Source: Felis catus
Taxonomy: Eukaryota
DNA: 64,000 nucleotides
Reading direction: 5' to 3'
Assembly (NCBI RefSeq): GCF_018350175.1
Contig: NC_058368.1
Span: 104,162,001 to 104,226,000, forward strand
The translations under genes and the position numbers were made by a program. Under the pieces are notes generated by a model that was not told the DNA's origin, made no database searches, and saw only the letters and a program-made list of their open reading frames with translations. Position 1 is the stretch's first letter. Each line of letters starts with the position of its first letter. Positions 63,270-64,000 of this stretch are shown in pieces.

Positions 63270-64000
63270 ATAAGGCCTTAGAAGTTATGTCATCCAAAGC
63301 AAACCTTCTTAGTAAGAGAAAATGCATTTTCTGCTCGTGGATGTGTCCGCAAGCCAAGGAGAGAGACCTGAGAAGACACCAAACTTGCCAATACCTTAAT
63401 TTCAGCTTCCTAGTCTCCAAACTATGAGAAAATAAGTGTCTGTTGTTGAAGCCACTCGATCTGTGGCGTTTTATTATGTCAGCTCTGGCAAGCTAATACA
63501 GTATGTATACCAATAATTGGACTCCTATGTATGTAAACACGAGAATTGAAAGTATATAACCGCACAAAAAATGTGTACATAAATGTTCACAGCAGCATTA
63601 TTCATAACAGACCAAATCCCAAATATCCATCACGTGATGAATCGATAAAATGTGCCATCTATATACAAGGAAATATTATTCAGTAATTAAAAAGAATGTA
63701 ATACCGGTAAGCGTTACAACATGGATGAATCTTAAAAACAGTATGCTAAATGAAAGAAACAAGATGCGAAAAGCTGCATATAACATGATTCCATGTAAAT
63801 TCAATGTCCAGAAAAGGCACAGCTATAGTAACAGAAGGCCATTGTCAGAGATTGGAAATAGGAAGAAAAGAAAAGTGATAGCTGATGAATTCTTTTAGGG
63901 GTGTTGAACACGGTTTGGAATTAGCCGTGATGGTTGCATCACTAAAACCCACTGAATTATACATTGAAAAAGATAATTTTATGGTATGTGAGTTGTATTG
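63270..64000 (+). mobile_element. MLT1 3' part (63270-63500) followed by an old L1 3' end running off the window
   Basis: GCAAGCCAAGGAGAGAG...CTTCCTAGTCTCCAAACTATGAGAAAATAA...CTAATACA; AAATGTTCACAGCAGCATTATTCATAA...ACAACATGGATGAATCT. Confidence 0.8.

Noticed and set aside
6100..64000. Exons of expected neighbours (PHAX, LMNB1) or a CpG-island promoter
   Set aside because: No recognisable coding sequence for either and no true CpG island; the synteny statement is recall only.

Overview
Mammalian (felid) genomic DNA, judged by roughly 85-90 carnivore tRNA-derived SINEs (CAN-SINE/SINEC_Fc type; about a quarter of the window by eye). The only protein-coding gene I can support is three-exon TEX43 (C5orf48/SPMIP10) on + at 2995-5995, 137 aa, with canonical GT-AG introns. 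The ORF track misses exon 1. By recalled human synteny (PHAX-TEX43-LMNB1) the remaining ~58 kb is probably intergenic DNA toward LMNB1. It contains L1, L2, L3/CR1, MIR, MER5 and LTR remnants. Notable structures: an ancient LTR-PBS-pol-PPT-LTR ERV-L provirus (21.6-26.2 kb); an L1 with a two-step serial 3' transduction (47.3-48.9 kb); a SINE triplet whose middle copy is an unequal-crossover chimera (50.3-50.9 kb); a 3'UTR-only retrocopy resembling TOP1 (54.3-55.4 kb); and an odd foldback/G-rich insert at 43.3-43.9 kb that may be an assembly artefact. I see no prokaryote-type system (CRISPR, operon) and no clear new biological system. Almost all ORF-track entries are repeat translations. Repeat boundaries are approximate and subfamily names come from recall, not a RepeatMasker run.
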